From Candidatus Thalassarchaeaceae archaeon (GTDB lineage Archaea > Thermoplasmatota > Poseidoniia > Poseidoniales > Thalassarchaeaceae), in contig DASCRU010000070.1 of the NCBI GenBank assembly GCA_034400015.1, positions 1-39,157 on the forward strand: 39,157 nt of DNA, written 5' to 3'. This document shows, in pieces, positions 16,692 through 24,836 of this stretch; position 1 is the first letter of the stretch, and each line of letters begins with the position of its first letter. The notes under the pieces are model-generated. The model was not told where the DNA came from. It made no database searches and saw nothing but the letters and a program-made list of their open reading frames with translations. Both the position numbers and the translations under genes were made by a program.

Positions 16692-17536
16692 TTGGCAATA
16701 ATCCAATGGATGATTTGATGGGTTCGGGTGCAGATGCTTCCTCAAGATTCGTCGATCAATTGACTATTCGTTCAGCACGAGTGCGTCATTTCCTTTGGAA
16801 TCACAGGCCTTTCAAGGCTAGAGCCGATTTGAGGGAAGCAAATAGGGATGCGGAATTCCTTGAAAAACAGGTGATTCGCCTTCATCGTTCTTTATTGGCT
16901 TTGGAACAGCATCTAGCCGGACTTGATGATTTAAGTGAGGAAGAAATGAGGGCAAGGGGAATAGTCACAGATGGATTGATTGATCTCGGAAAAGGGGAGT
17001 GGGAAGCGGCTTTGGATTCATTCCGTACAGCAATCCAATCGTTAAGCGCATCTGGTGGAAGAGTGAACCCATTCGTAGCTGGACGTTTCTTCTTCACCGT
17101 GGAGGCTCGCTGGCCACCTGAATTGGAGCACGGTTTACTCATGATGACGATTGAGAATCTTGGAGAACATGATCTTCCTGCGATGAGAATTGCAGCACCA
17201 GCGCCCACTGGGTGGGTTGCTGAACCCAAGGCCGCTCAGATTCCCGTTATCCCTCCTGGGGGAGTTATTGAGATGGGTATCCACATTCACCCTACAGGGA
17301 CAATTTCAGAAAATCTAGTGTTATCAAAGCAAGTCTCAGTAGTTACTGGATACATGGTAGATATGGGCGATATCTCAGTCATGTCGCGGATTGAGAATCG
17401 TACTTTACGAACAATTGACGGTTTTGTTGTAGATGTTTGGCTTCCACCTGGTTTCGCCGCAAAACGAGTGCCCTTTGTCCAAAATCTTACTCCCGGGGAA
17501 GTCGTTCATGTACCGACTGAAATAGATGCAAGATAG
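16688..17536 (+). CDS. Hypothetical protein without signal peptide: helical N-half plus CARDB/NEW3-like beta-sandwich C-half
   Basis: It overlaps the upstream gene by ATGA. GGTGA lies upstream. The N-half is helical (LEKQVIRLHRSLLALEQHLAGLDDLSEEEMRARG, GEWEAALDSFRTAIQ). The C-half (LLMMTIENLGEHDLPAMRIAAPAPTGWVAEPKAAQIPVIPPGGVIEMGIHI) has the same domain pattern as the giant protein. Confidence 0.7.
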   Translation: MIGNNPMDDLMGSGADASSRFVDQLTIRSARVRHFLWNHRPFKARADLREANRDAEFLEKQVIRLHRSLLALEQHLAGLDDLSEEEMRARGIVTDGLIDLGKGEWEAALDSFRTAIQSLSASGGRVNPFVAGRFFFTVEARWPPELEHGLLMMTIENLGEHDLPAMRIAAPAPTGWVAEPKAAQIPVIPPGGVIEMGIHIHPTGTISENLVLSKQVSVVTGYMVDMGDISVMSRIENRTLRTIDGFVVDVWLPPGFAAKRVPFVQNLTPGEVVHVPTEIDAR

Positions 17537-17625
17537 CTTTCATTATCCACTCAGGACTTTGAATTTATGCGGTCTTAGGATTACTATGATATACTTCAAT
17601 GAATTGCAACAGGTTGGTGAACACC

Positions 17626-18204
17626 ATGAACAACAGAAACACACCCTACAAGAATGACGATGCAGCATCGATTGGAATCGGTGCAATGATTGTATTTATT
17701 GCCCTAATATTGGTAGCAGCAGTAGCATCTACAATCATTATCAAGACCGCAGAAGAACTACAGCAACGTGCTGAAGCAACGGGTGATGATACCCGTGACG
17801 AAATTTCCGGAAAGGTAACAATCGTCTCAGCTCATGTTGATGGTGTGACGACAGGGGCCGTTACTCAAATATTGGTCATTGCTCAGATGAGTGCTGGTTC
17901 AGATGACGTCACTGGCGGAGATATCACATACGTAATTGTCTGTGAAGATCCTGGTACTGCTGGGTCTGCTCTCACCGATATTGACCTAATCACAAACGGA
18001 AACTCCGCAGAACTTGATGGAACAGGTATCGCGGCCGGAACAACCATAGATTCTGGTACAACTTTCACCTTTGAGATGACACTAGCAAACTGCAACCCTG
18101 GTGCAGGTGACGCAGTTGAGGTACGTCTCGTCGTCAATGGCGGCGGAGAAACATACGCACAGATGGAAGTTACTTCCCTTGATGGCGGCGCAGTCTTAGT
18201 TTGA
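17626..18204 (+). CDS. arlB: Archaellin (archaeal flagellin FlaB/ArlB), single copy
   Basis: It has a class III signal peptide and conserved hydrophobic N-terminus: MNNRNTPYKNDDAAS-IGIGAMIVFIALILVAAVASTIIIKTAEELQQRAEATG. GGTGA lies 5 nt upstream of ATG 17626. The longer ORF from ATG 17599 would give an atypically long leader peptide. Confidence 0.85.
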   Translation: MNNRNTPYKNDDAASIGIGAMIVFIALILVAAVASTIIIKTAEELQQRAEATGDDTRDEISGKVTIVSAHVDGVTTGAVTQILVIAQMSAGSDDVTGGDITYVIVCEDPGTAGSALTDIDLITNGNSAELDGTGIAAGTTIDSGTTFTFEMTLANCNPGAGDAVEVRLVVNGGGETYAQMEVTSLDGGAVLV

Positions 18205-18276
18205 TTACTAGTTCTAATCATTATCCTGGGTCATACCAGGTTAGTGGTTGCTACTGTCTACTAGAGGAGCGATATT

Positions 18277-19077
18277 ATGGAAAGTCAAGAAGGCCGCATT
18301 GCGGATAGGCTAGACGAAGCATCTCGAGTCACAGTGGATCAGATAGATATTCCTCCAGAATATCGTCCTACCGACCTTGAAGCCTGGTTGTTCACCCCAG
18401 GCGCAACTCGTGTAGGATTCATGGGCGACATGGGTTCAAGACCTCCATCTGGATCTCCTCCATCTGGAACTACATCTTCGGGGCCAGCTCCTGATGAATT
18501 ACTTCGTATGCTTGCGGACCGTTTTGAGCGGTTAGAAGCATCAATAGGTCATATGGAGACCAATTTAGCTCTAGGACAGGTATCTGGAGGAGGTGTTTCT
18601 GTATCTGATGTGATTCACACAGTAGGAGATGATGGCGAAGTATCCTCAGTTTCATTGAATGAATTAGGAGAAGGTACTGATGCTCTTCATTCAGGTCCGG
18701 ATTTACTTGATTTGTATGAGGCCCAGTCACTTGCATTGAATCCATTCCTTCGGTCTAAGGATGCAGGGATTTCTGGACCAGGAGTAGATCCTGCAAAAAT
18801 CGCCGCACTTATTCTAGACAATCTATCTGGAAGTGATGCCCAATCATTCATTCAAGCCGCTGCCAAAAGCGGCTTTCTCAATTCACAAGAAGCGAAGACA
18901 CTCAGTGGGATTACGTCATTGGCTGAACCCGGAGAGAGTAGTGGAAGTGCAACACTCCCTAATCGCCCTCTATTGATTTTCGTTGCAATGGTGGATGCAT
19001 GGCGGTCGCAATCATCGTCCATTCGTCATTCTTCAATTCCTTCAGCACCCATGGTTGATGTTGAACCGGGGGAGTGA
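18277..19077 (+). CDS. Hypothetical protein occupying the ArlC/D/E position of the archaellum operon
   Basis: 266 aa. GGAG lies upstream of the ATG. It has a Pro/Ser linker (RPPSGSPPSGTTSSGPAP) followed by a short coiled-coil-like stretch (DELLRMLADRFERLEASIGHMETNL), vaguely FlaC-like. I saw no recognisable FlaD/E domain motif and no TM helix. Confidence 0.6.
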   Translation: MESQEGRIADRLDEASRVTVDQIDIPPEYRPTDLEAWLFTPGATRVGFMGDMGSRPPSGSPPSGTTSSGPAPDELLRMLADRFERLEASIGHMETNLALGQVSGGGVSVSDVIHTVGDDGEVSSVSLNELGEGTDALHSGPDLLDLYEAQSLALNPFLRSKDAGISGPGVDPAKIAALILDNLSGSDAQSFIQAAAKSGFLNSQEAKTLSGITSLAEPGESSGSATLPNRPLLIFVAMVDAWRSQSSSIRHSSIPSAPMVDVEPGE

Positions 19078-19080
19078 GAT

Positions 19081-19476
19081 GTGGGCGGTTCTGCCAGCGT
19101 CGGCGCCTTAATTGTAGGCACAGTTCTTTTGTCTATCTTTGCTAATGCAATGGTCATTACTCTGGAAAATCGGCAAAGATTTGAAGATATTGATGAGGAT
19201 AAATCCAAAGATGTTGAAGTTAGAGTAGTCAATGCTACTCTGGTTACTTCTACCCTCTTCATCAACATCACAAATGATGGTTCTGATCCGGTATTATTTT
19301 CTGATATTTGGATAATTTTGGACGGAGGGAATCCACTTCCATTCACCGACTATTTTTCATCAAACGAATACTTGTTCCCTGGGGAGAATGTCATGGGTTC
19401 AGATACGGTGCCAGGTACTCCAAATAGGGCATTTGTTTCATCATATGGGCACGGTTCAGGAGTTACAATCCAGTAG
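19081..19476 (+). CDS. arlF: Archaellum protein ArlF (FlaF)
   Basis: GTG start with GGGGGAG upstream. The N-terminal helix is GGSASVGALIVGTVLLSIFANAMV. A beta-rich domain follows (VEVRVVNATLVTSTLFINITNDGSDPV). Size (131 aa) and operon position match FlaF. Confidence 0.7.
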   Translation: MGGSASVGALIVGTVLLSIFANAMVITLENRQRFEDIDEDKSKDVEVRVVNATLVTSTLFINITNDGSDPVLFSDIWIILDGGNPLPFTDYFSSNEYLFPGENVMGSDTVPGTPNRAFVSSYGHGSGVTIQ

Positions 19477-19484
19477 GTGATATT

Positions 19485-19958
19485 ATGTCGGATGGGGGTG
19501 CGTCGGAAATGATCATGCTCGTAGCTAGTCTGATTGTGGCTGGAGTCGTTTCTGCAGTTCTCATTCAAGCATGGGGGGGTGTTTCTTATGCATTGGATAG
19601 TGGAGCAGATCAGATTGAAGCAAATGCAAACACAGATGCTACATTAGTTAGTGACCCTATGAACATTAATTGGAATCCATCTCTCAATCAAACCATGATA
19701 ACAGTGCAAAATACTGGAAATTCAGTTCTCAATATTACCTCTACTACAGTTCTTCTAAATGGTTCACTCATGAACGTAACTCAAAGAGGAGCCATTCCAT
19801 CTGTTTGGTTACCTGGTACGATAGTAAATTTCACGATTCAGGCGGCAATTCAGTTATCTACTAATGATGAAGTGTTTCTCAATGTGGTTGTTTTAACGGA
19901 AACATTGAGTCCTGCCCAAGGAGTCAATTCATTTACGGAGGTGGTGCGAATTGTATGA
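19485..19958 (+). CDS. arlG: Archaellum protein ArlG (FlaG)
   Basis: The N-terminus GGASEMIMLVASLIVAGVVSAVLI matches the FlaG signature (ASE.IMFIAA..VA). The segment ..LVSDPMNI.. resembles methanococcal FlaG. AGGTGA lies 6 nt upstream of the start. Confidence 0.8.
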   Translation: MSDGGASEMIMLVASLIVAGVVSAVLIQAWGGVSYALDSGADQIEANANTDATLVSDPMNINWNPSLNQTMITVQNTGNSVLNITSTTVLLNGSLMNVTQRGAIPSVWLPGTIVNFTIQAAIQLSTNDEVFLNVVVLTETLSPAQGVNSFTEVVRIV

Positions 19959-20640
19959 AGACTCATTTCCGTTTGGATTAGAGCAAGATAGTCTTGCCAA
20001 CAGCCTAGGTGCCGCCATTCCTAATCGGTCTCTTATGCTTGTAGAAGGCGACATAGGTGGAGGAAAGAGCCTAATTGCACAGCGACTTGCTTATGGTTTG
20101 GCTGAAAATGGGACTAAGGTGGCATTAGTGACTACTGAATTGACCACGAGAGGTTGGCTTGAACAAGTGGCTAGCATTGGTTATGGGATGTCGGATTATA
20201 TCGATAAAGGCCAATTTTTATTGATATCTAGATTTGGAGTTCTAACTGATGAGGTAGAGGTCGAAATCACTATTGAGGACCTTCTTTCAAATGAAGGCCT
20301 CAAAGCTGCAGATTTTGTAATTATTGATCGAGCATCGCAATTAATTCAAGAGGGAACAAATCCGGCATCCTTCCTATCAGCAATCCGTCGATTTACAGCG
20401 GAGGGGAGAACTCTGATGTTATGTATTGACTCTGATGAAGTAGAACCAGCCTTATTGCGCGATATCAAAGGTTCTGCAGAAGTAGTTCTAGGCCTTTTGG
20501 CCTCCACACAGGGGGGCCAACTGAATCGAACACTTGCAGTCACTCGTTTCCTTAGGGCTGCAGGTCCAGTTCAAGCTCGAATAGGATGGAGGGTGGAACC
20601 TAGCATGGGCTTCATCGTCGATATTACGGCGGTCAGTTGA
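19951..20640 (+). CDS. arlH: Archaellum ATP-binding protein ArlH (FlaH), KaiC/RecA-like
   Basis: Contains SLMLVEGDIGGGKSLIAQRLAYGLAENGTKVALVTTELT (Walker A in a KaiC-like context). The TTG start overlaps the arlG stop by 8 nt. The first in-frame ATG would delete the region preceding Walker A. Confidence 0.8.
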   Translation: MYEDSFPFGLEQDSLANSLGAAIPNRSLMLVEGDIGGGKSLIAQRLAYGLAENGTKVALVTTELTTRGWLEQVASIGYGMSDYIDKGQFLLISRFGVLTDEVEVEITIEDLLSNEGLKAADFVIIDRASQLIQEGTNPASFLSAIRRFTAEGRTLMLCIDSDEVEPALLRDIKGSAEVVLGLLASTQGGQLNRTLAVTRFLRAAGPVQARIGWRVEPSMGFIVDITAVS

Positions 20641-20650
20641 GGTGTGACCA

Positions 20651-22372
20651 ATGGCAGAAGAAGAGGAAATTGGGATCCAAAAGGGGGACCTTGAGGGGCT
20701 TATGGCCAAACATTCTCATGTTCGAAAATGGGTGGAAGATTTTGAAGCCCAACATGGCTCTCGACCCTTTTTCTATGGCCCGTTGGATAGGGGGGCGAAA
20801 AGCATCGAACCACGTAATCTGATTTACAGCCTTAAACCACCTCTTTTTGCCCATATTTACAAGCCACCAGATGACGATGAACAGGGTGCAGGGACTACGT
20901 TATGGTTTGGAATTGAACCGGTTTTGAATGAAGAAGAGGAAGTTATTCGACAGGAGATTGTTGATCGACTTTTACGTGATGCACCAAGTGCACCATCATT
21001 CACATCTGATTCTGAATTCGAGGGTATTCTTGAAGGGATGATAGACAGGATGACTACTTCACGTTCCAGTGTTATTCAAACAGAGAACGTCCTTGGCCCT
21101 GCAATGAGTTTTCTAGGATTTGGAGAATCACCTGTGGAGGTCACAGAAGAGCAATTGGTGCGATTGAAGTACATTATTATCCGTGATTTGGTTAAATCCG
21201 GTCCATTAGAAGCACTTCTTTCTGATGAAATGCTAGAGGATATTCATTCTGTAGGTTTGAGATACATCAACATGGATCACAAGGTATTCGGAATGGTGAC
21301 ATCAAACATCCGATTTAGAGATGTAGATGTTCTAGGCAGGTATCTCCGTTCGATGTCTGAACGTATTGGTCGGCCAGTTTCCGACAGTAAACCGATTATT
21401 GATGGGGCATTACTTGACGGTTCAAGAATCAACATCATTTTCAGTGATGATGTTTCCATGCTTGGTCCATCATTTACAATCCGAAAATTCGCCGAAGAGA
21501 CCATTTCGTTCACACAATTAGTACAATGGGGGACTATGTCTTCTCAACAAGCAGCATACATTTGGCTTGGTCTTGAGAATGGTATGTCTCTTCTTGTATC
21601 TGGAGAAACAGCCTCTGGGAAAACGACAACATTGAATGCAATATTGCCGTTCATTGATCATAATGTGAAAATATATTCTGCAGAAGATACTCCTGAAGTT
21701 AAGGTGCGTCACCGACTGTGGCAACGTTTGGTAACTCGTGATTCAAAGAATGAAGATTCACGGGTAGAGATGTTCGATTTATTGAAGGCTGCTCTAAGAT
21801 CTAGGCCACGTTATATCATCATTGGTGAGATTCGTGGTGTAGAGGGCGCCACTGCATTCCAAGCAATGCAGACTGGGCACCCTGTGATTGCAACATTCCA
21901 CGCATCATCGATTGTCAAGATGATTCAGCGATTTACTGGCGACCCAATCAATGTCCCCGCTCGATTCTTCGATAACCTCAATTTTGCAATTTTCCAAGAA
22001 GTTGTGGAAGCACCAGGTGGAGGAATAGCTAGAAGGATAACAGGGATTGATGAGGTAATTGGATACAACAAATATGCCGATGGAATCTTGACTAGAGGGA
22101 TGTTTGAGTGGGATCCGGTTCAAGATAAGCATTACTTCAGAGGAATGTTCCAATCACATTTGATGGAGAACAAGATGGCTCCCATGATGGGTTTTTCAAA
22201 TAAACGTGATATTTACGACGAAATGGAACGAAGGACAGAAGCCATTCAGAGAATGGTTGATCGTGAATTGACGCATTATGACGATGTATTCGACCTTTTA
22301 GACGTATATTACCAACAGGGGTGGGAGCAATTCTCCTCTGCCATCGATACCTGGGAAGGGATAAATCATTAG
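20651..22372 (+). CDS. arlI: Archaellum motor ATPase ArlI (FlaI), type II/IV secretion ATPase superfamily
   Basis: The Walker A is LVSGETASGKTTTLNA. Other motifs are RPRYIIIGEIRGVEGATAFQAMQTGH and ATFHA (Asp/His boxes). GAGGTG lies upstream of the ATG. Confidence 0.9.
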   Translation: MAEEEEIGIQKGDLEGLMAKHSHVRKWVEDFEAQHGSRPFFYGPLDRGAKSIEPRNLIYSLKPPLFAHIYKPPDDDEQGAGTTLWFGIEPVLNEEEEVIRQEIVDRLLRDAPSAPSFTSDSEFEGILEGMIDRMTTSRSSVIQTENVLGPAMSFLGFGESPVEVTEEQLVRLKYIIIRDLVKSGPLEALLSDEMLEDIHSVGLRYINMDHKVFGMVTSNIRFRDVDVLGRYLRSMSERIGRPVSDSKPIIDGALLDGSRINIIFSDDVSMLGPSFTIRKFAEETISFTQLVQWGTMSSQQAAYIWLGLENGMSLLVSGETASGKTTTLNAILPFIDHNVKIYSAEDTPEVKVRHRLWQRLVTRDSKNEDSRVEMFDLLKAALRSRPRYIIIGEIRGVEGATAFQAMQTGHPVIATFHASSIVKMIQRFTGDPINVPARFFDNLNFAIFQEVVEAPGGGIARRITGIDEVIGYNKYADGILTRGMFEWDPVQDKHYFRGMFQSHLMENKMAPMMGFSNKRDIYDEMERRTEAIQRMVDRELTHYDDVFDLLDVYYQQGWEQFSSAIDTWEGINH

Positions 22373-22392
22373 AATGGTGAGGAGGGGAGCAA

Positions 22393-24189
22393 ATGGAGCG
22401 CCTCCCTCTTTGGCAAATTGCTATTCGTAGATTGGGGATGCCTGCTCAGGAATATGTCTTCAAAGTGATTATTCCTTCAACAGTAGTTGGATTACTGGTT
22501 GGCACATTTGTATTCTGGGGCGCTTCAGGTCTGTTCACAGGAATTTCCGGGTTAATCTTGGCGTTTATTTTCCCTGTAATGACTGGTGCTGCTGCCTGTG
22601 TTTGGCCTTTAATTCAAACTCAACGTACTGCCATAGCGATTGAACGTGAAATGCACATGTTCATCACGCGAATGGGCATTTTATCTCTTGGGGATGCAGG
22701 GGCCCAATCCATGTTCGATATTCTAAAACAAATGGGAGATTATGGTGCTTTAGCAGAAGAGGTCCAGTCAATCGAGACCTTGGTTGATCGTTGGCATACC
22801 AATTTACCTGAAGCTGCACGAATAGTTGGTAGACAAAGCCCATCTCCGATATGGGGTGATTTTCTAGATCGTATGGCCTTTTCAGTTGAAGCCGGACAGC
22901 CATTGGAGGATTTCATGCGTTCTGAACAGGATACATTCCAAGAAGAATTCAATACATTATACGATACTAGGTTAGAAGCAGTAGATACTCTACGTGAGAT
23001 TTACGTTTCCTTAACTACCACTGGAATGTTCTTGCTCGTTGTGGCTGGCATTCATCTTGTATTGTTCATGACTGGTACTTTGGAAGATGATCCTTGGACC
23101 GTGATGGTGCGAATACGTTGGATTCTTCTTGCTGCATTGATCTATTCTCTTTTGCAATTCTTCGGTTTAATTTCGTTCATGGTTTTGATTCCAGATGATG
23201 ATTTGTTCCCACGTAATGATATGCAAACTTCTTACAAGATTACAATGCGGAGGGCATGGATTATCGCCTCTTTCATCGGTATTTTATTGATTGCATCCTT
23301 ATTATTTTCGAGTATAATTATTAGTTTTGAATTTATTTTGGAAAATTGGCACAAATATGGTCTTTTATCTATTGCCGCAATTGTTACGCCGTTAGCCGTC
23401 CCGGCTTATTTGGTTGGTCGTGAAGAAAGGTCCGTTCGAAGAAGGGATGAATCTTATCCTGGTTTTATTCGTGCACTTGGAGGAACTGCTCAAGCCCGAG
23501 CATCTGAACCAGTTGCAACGGTTAGAGCCCTTCGTAGTATTGATTTTGGTGCATTGAACAAATCAATTGAACAGTTAGAGAGAAGACTTTCAATGAGGAT
23601 TGATAGTGATCATTCTTGGGATTGGTTTGCTGCTGATGCAAATTCTATGATGGTCTCCCGTTTCATTCGAATATATCTGGAAGGCGCTCAATCTAGTGGA
23701 GAACCTGCGGGAGTAGCAGAATTAGTTTCAAAGAATACAACGAATCTCCTGTCTCTTCGTAGACGCAGAGCATTATCTTCGGGTACAATGCAGGGAGTTG
23801 CATTTGGTGTGCTGATTGCGATGATTACAAGCCTAAATATCACTATCTCGATTGTACAAGGTCTTGGCGAATCAATTAGTGGCGTAGCCCAAGGCATCAC
23901 TGGAACAGATGTCTCAGAGATACCTCAAATGTCCGGAGGTTTTGGTTTACCGGTATTAGATGACAGTGCTGTTGTTGAAGAGAATATTTTCTTGTTCAAG
24001 ATTGTAGTTTCAATTCTTGTTTTGTTTATGATAATCATTCTTGGATTGATATCTGCTCGGATTCGTGGAGGGGGAATTTCTCTGTCAGTAGGTCAAATGA
24101 TTACGATGCTGTGGGTGGCTGGATTAACCAGTTTCTTGACCGCAATTGTTCTTGATGCATCAATCGGACTATTCATCGCAGGTGGTTAA
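22393..24189 (+). CDS. arlJ: Archaellum platform membrane protein ArlJ (FlaJ), TadB/C-GspF-like
   Basis: 598-aa polytopic membrane protein directly after arlI. It has two cytoplasmic helical domains separated by TM clusters, which is typical of FlaJ. GGAGGAGGGG lies upstream of the ATG. Confidence 0.8.
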   Translation: MERLPLWQIAIRRLGMPAQEYVFKVIIPSTVVGLLVGTFVFWGASGLFTGISGLILAFIFPVMTGAAACVWPLIQTQRTAIAIEREMHMFITRMGILSLGDAGAQSMFDILKQMGDYGALAEEVQSIETLVDRWHTNLPEAARIVGRQSPSPIWGDFLDRMAFSVEAGQPLEDFMRSEQDTFQEEFNTLYDTRLEAVDTLREIYVSLTTTGMFLLVVAGIHLVLFMTGTLEDDPWTVMVRIRWILLAALIYSLLQFFGLISFMVLIPDDDLFPRNDMQTSYKITMRRAWIIASFIGILLIASLLFSSIIISFEFILENWHKYGLLSIAAIVTPLAVPAYLVGREERSVRRRDESYPGFIRALGGTAQARASEPVATVRALRSIDFGALNKSIEQLERRLSMRIDSDHSWDWFAADANSMMVSRFIRIYLEGAQSSGEPAGVAELVSKNTTNLLSLRRRRALSSGTMQGVAFGVLIAMITSLNITISIVQGLGESISGVAQGITGTDVSEIPQMSGGFGLPVLDDSAVVEENIFLFKIVVSILVLFMIIILGLISARIRGGGISLSVGQMITMLWVAGLTSFLTAIVLDASIGLFIAGG

Positions 24190-24191
24190 TC

Positions 24192-24836
24192 TCATCTACG
24201 TTCGCTGTTGATACGTTTTTTTGAAGCAGCCCAAGAACAAATCAGGCAACCTGTGAGATCATGAAACCGAGCAGGACAATGTTCTCTCCCGAAATAAATG
24301 ATTTGTAGATGTCTTGCATTCCATGATTCTCTTGGGAAAACTGCTTTCAAATCCGTTTCTGTTTTCCCTACGTTTTTCCCATTGCTAAGCCCCCATCTTG
24401 CGGCTAGCCGATGGATGTGTGTATCTACTGGAAAGGCAGGGATTCCAAAGGCCTGAGACATTACTACGCTTGCAGTCTTGTGTCCTACTCCTGCAAGCGA
24501 TTCTAAGAAATCCCAATCTGGAATTATCTCTCCTCCCTTAGAAATAATCTGCTCAGCCATCCGTTTGAGATTCTTTGCTTTAGTAGGGGCAAGACCGATT
24601 TCACGGATTATTTCCTTTATTTCATCAACATCAAGAGTTGCCATAGCTGCAGGGTTTGGTGCGATTTTGAATAAAGATGGAGTGACTTGATTCACCTTCT
24701 TATCTGTTGTTTGGGCAGATAGCATTACTGCAACCAGTAGAGTATAGGGGTCATTGTGATCCAAAGGAATAGGTGTTTCAGGGTATAGATTGTCGAGTAT
24801 CTTGCCAATCTGTTCTGCCTTCTCTTTTCGCTTCAT
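24192..24836 (-). CDS. nth: Endonuclease III (DNA glycosylase/AP lyase, HhH-GPD family)
   Basis: Contains LLVAVMLSAQTTDKKVN, the HhH plus catalytic Lys in LAGVGHKTASVVM, and the Asp in FPVDTHIHRLA. The C-terminal Cys cluster CPARFHDLTGCLIC holds only 3 Cys in the whole protein. Confidence 0.85.
   Translation of the reverse strand: MKRKEKAEQIGKILDNLYPETPIPLDHNDPYTLLVAVMLSAQTTDKKVNQVTPSLFKIAPNPAAMATLDVDEIKEIIREIGLAPTKAKNLKRMAEQIISKGGEIIPDWDFLESLAGVGHKTASVVMSQAFGIPAFPVDTHIHRLAARWGLSNGKNVGKTETDLKAVFPRESWNARHLQIIYFGREHCPARFHDLTGCLICSWAASKKRINSERR

Noticed and set aside
18225-18240. Hairpin CCTGG-N6-CCAGG after the archaellin gene as a transcription terminator.
   Set aside because: The stem is only 5 bp and no following T-tract is present. 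It is mentioned only as a possible attenuator, not annotated as a terminator.
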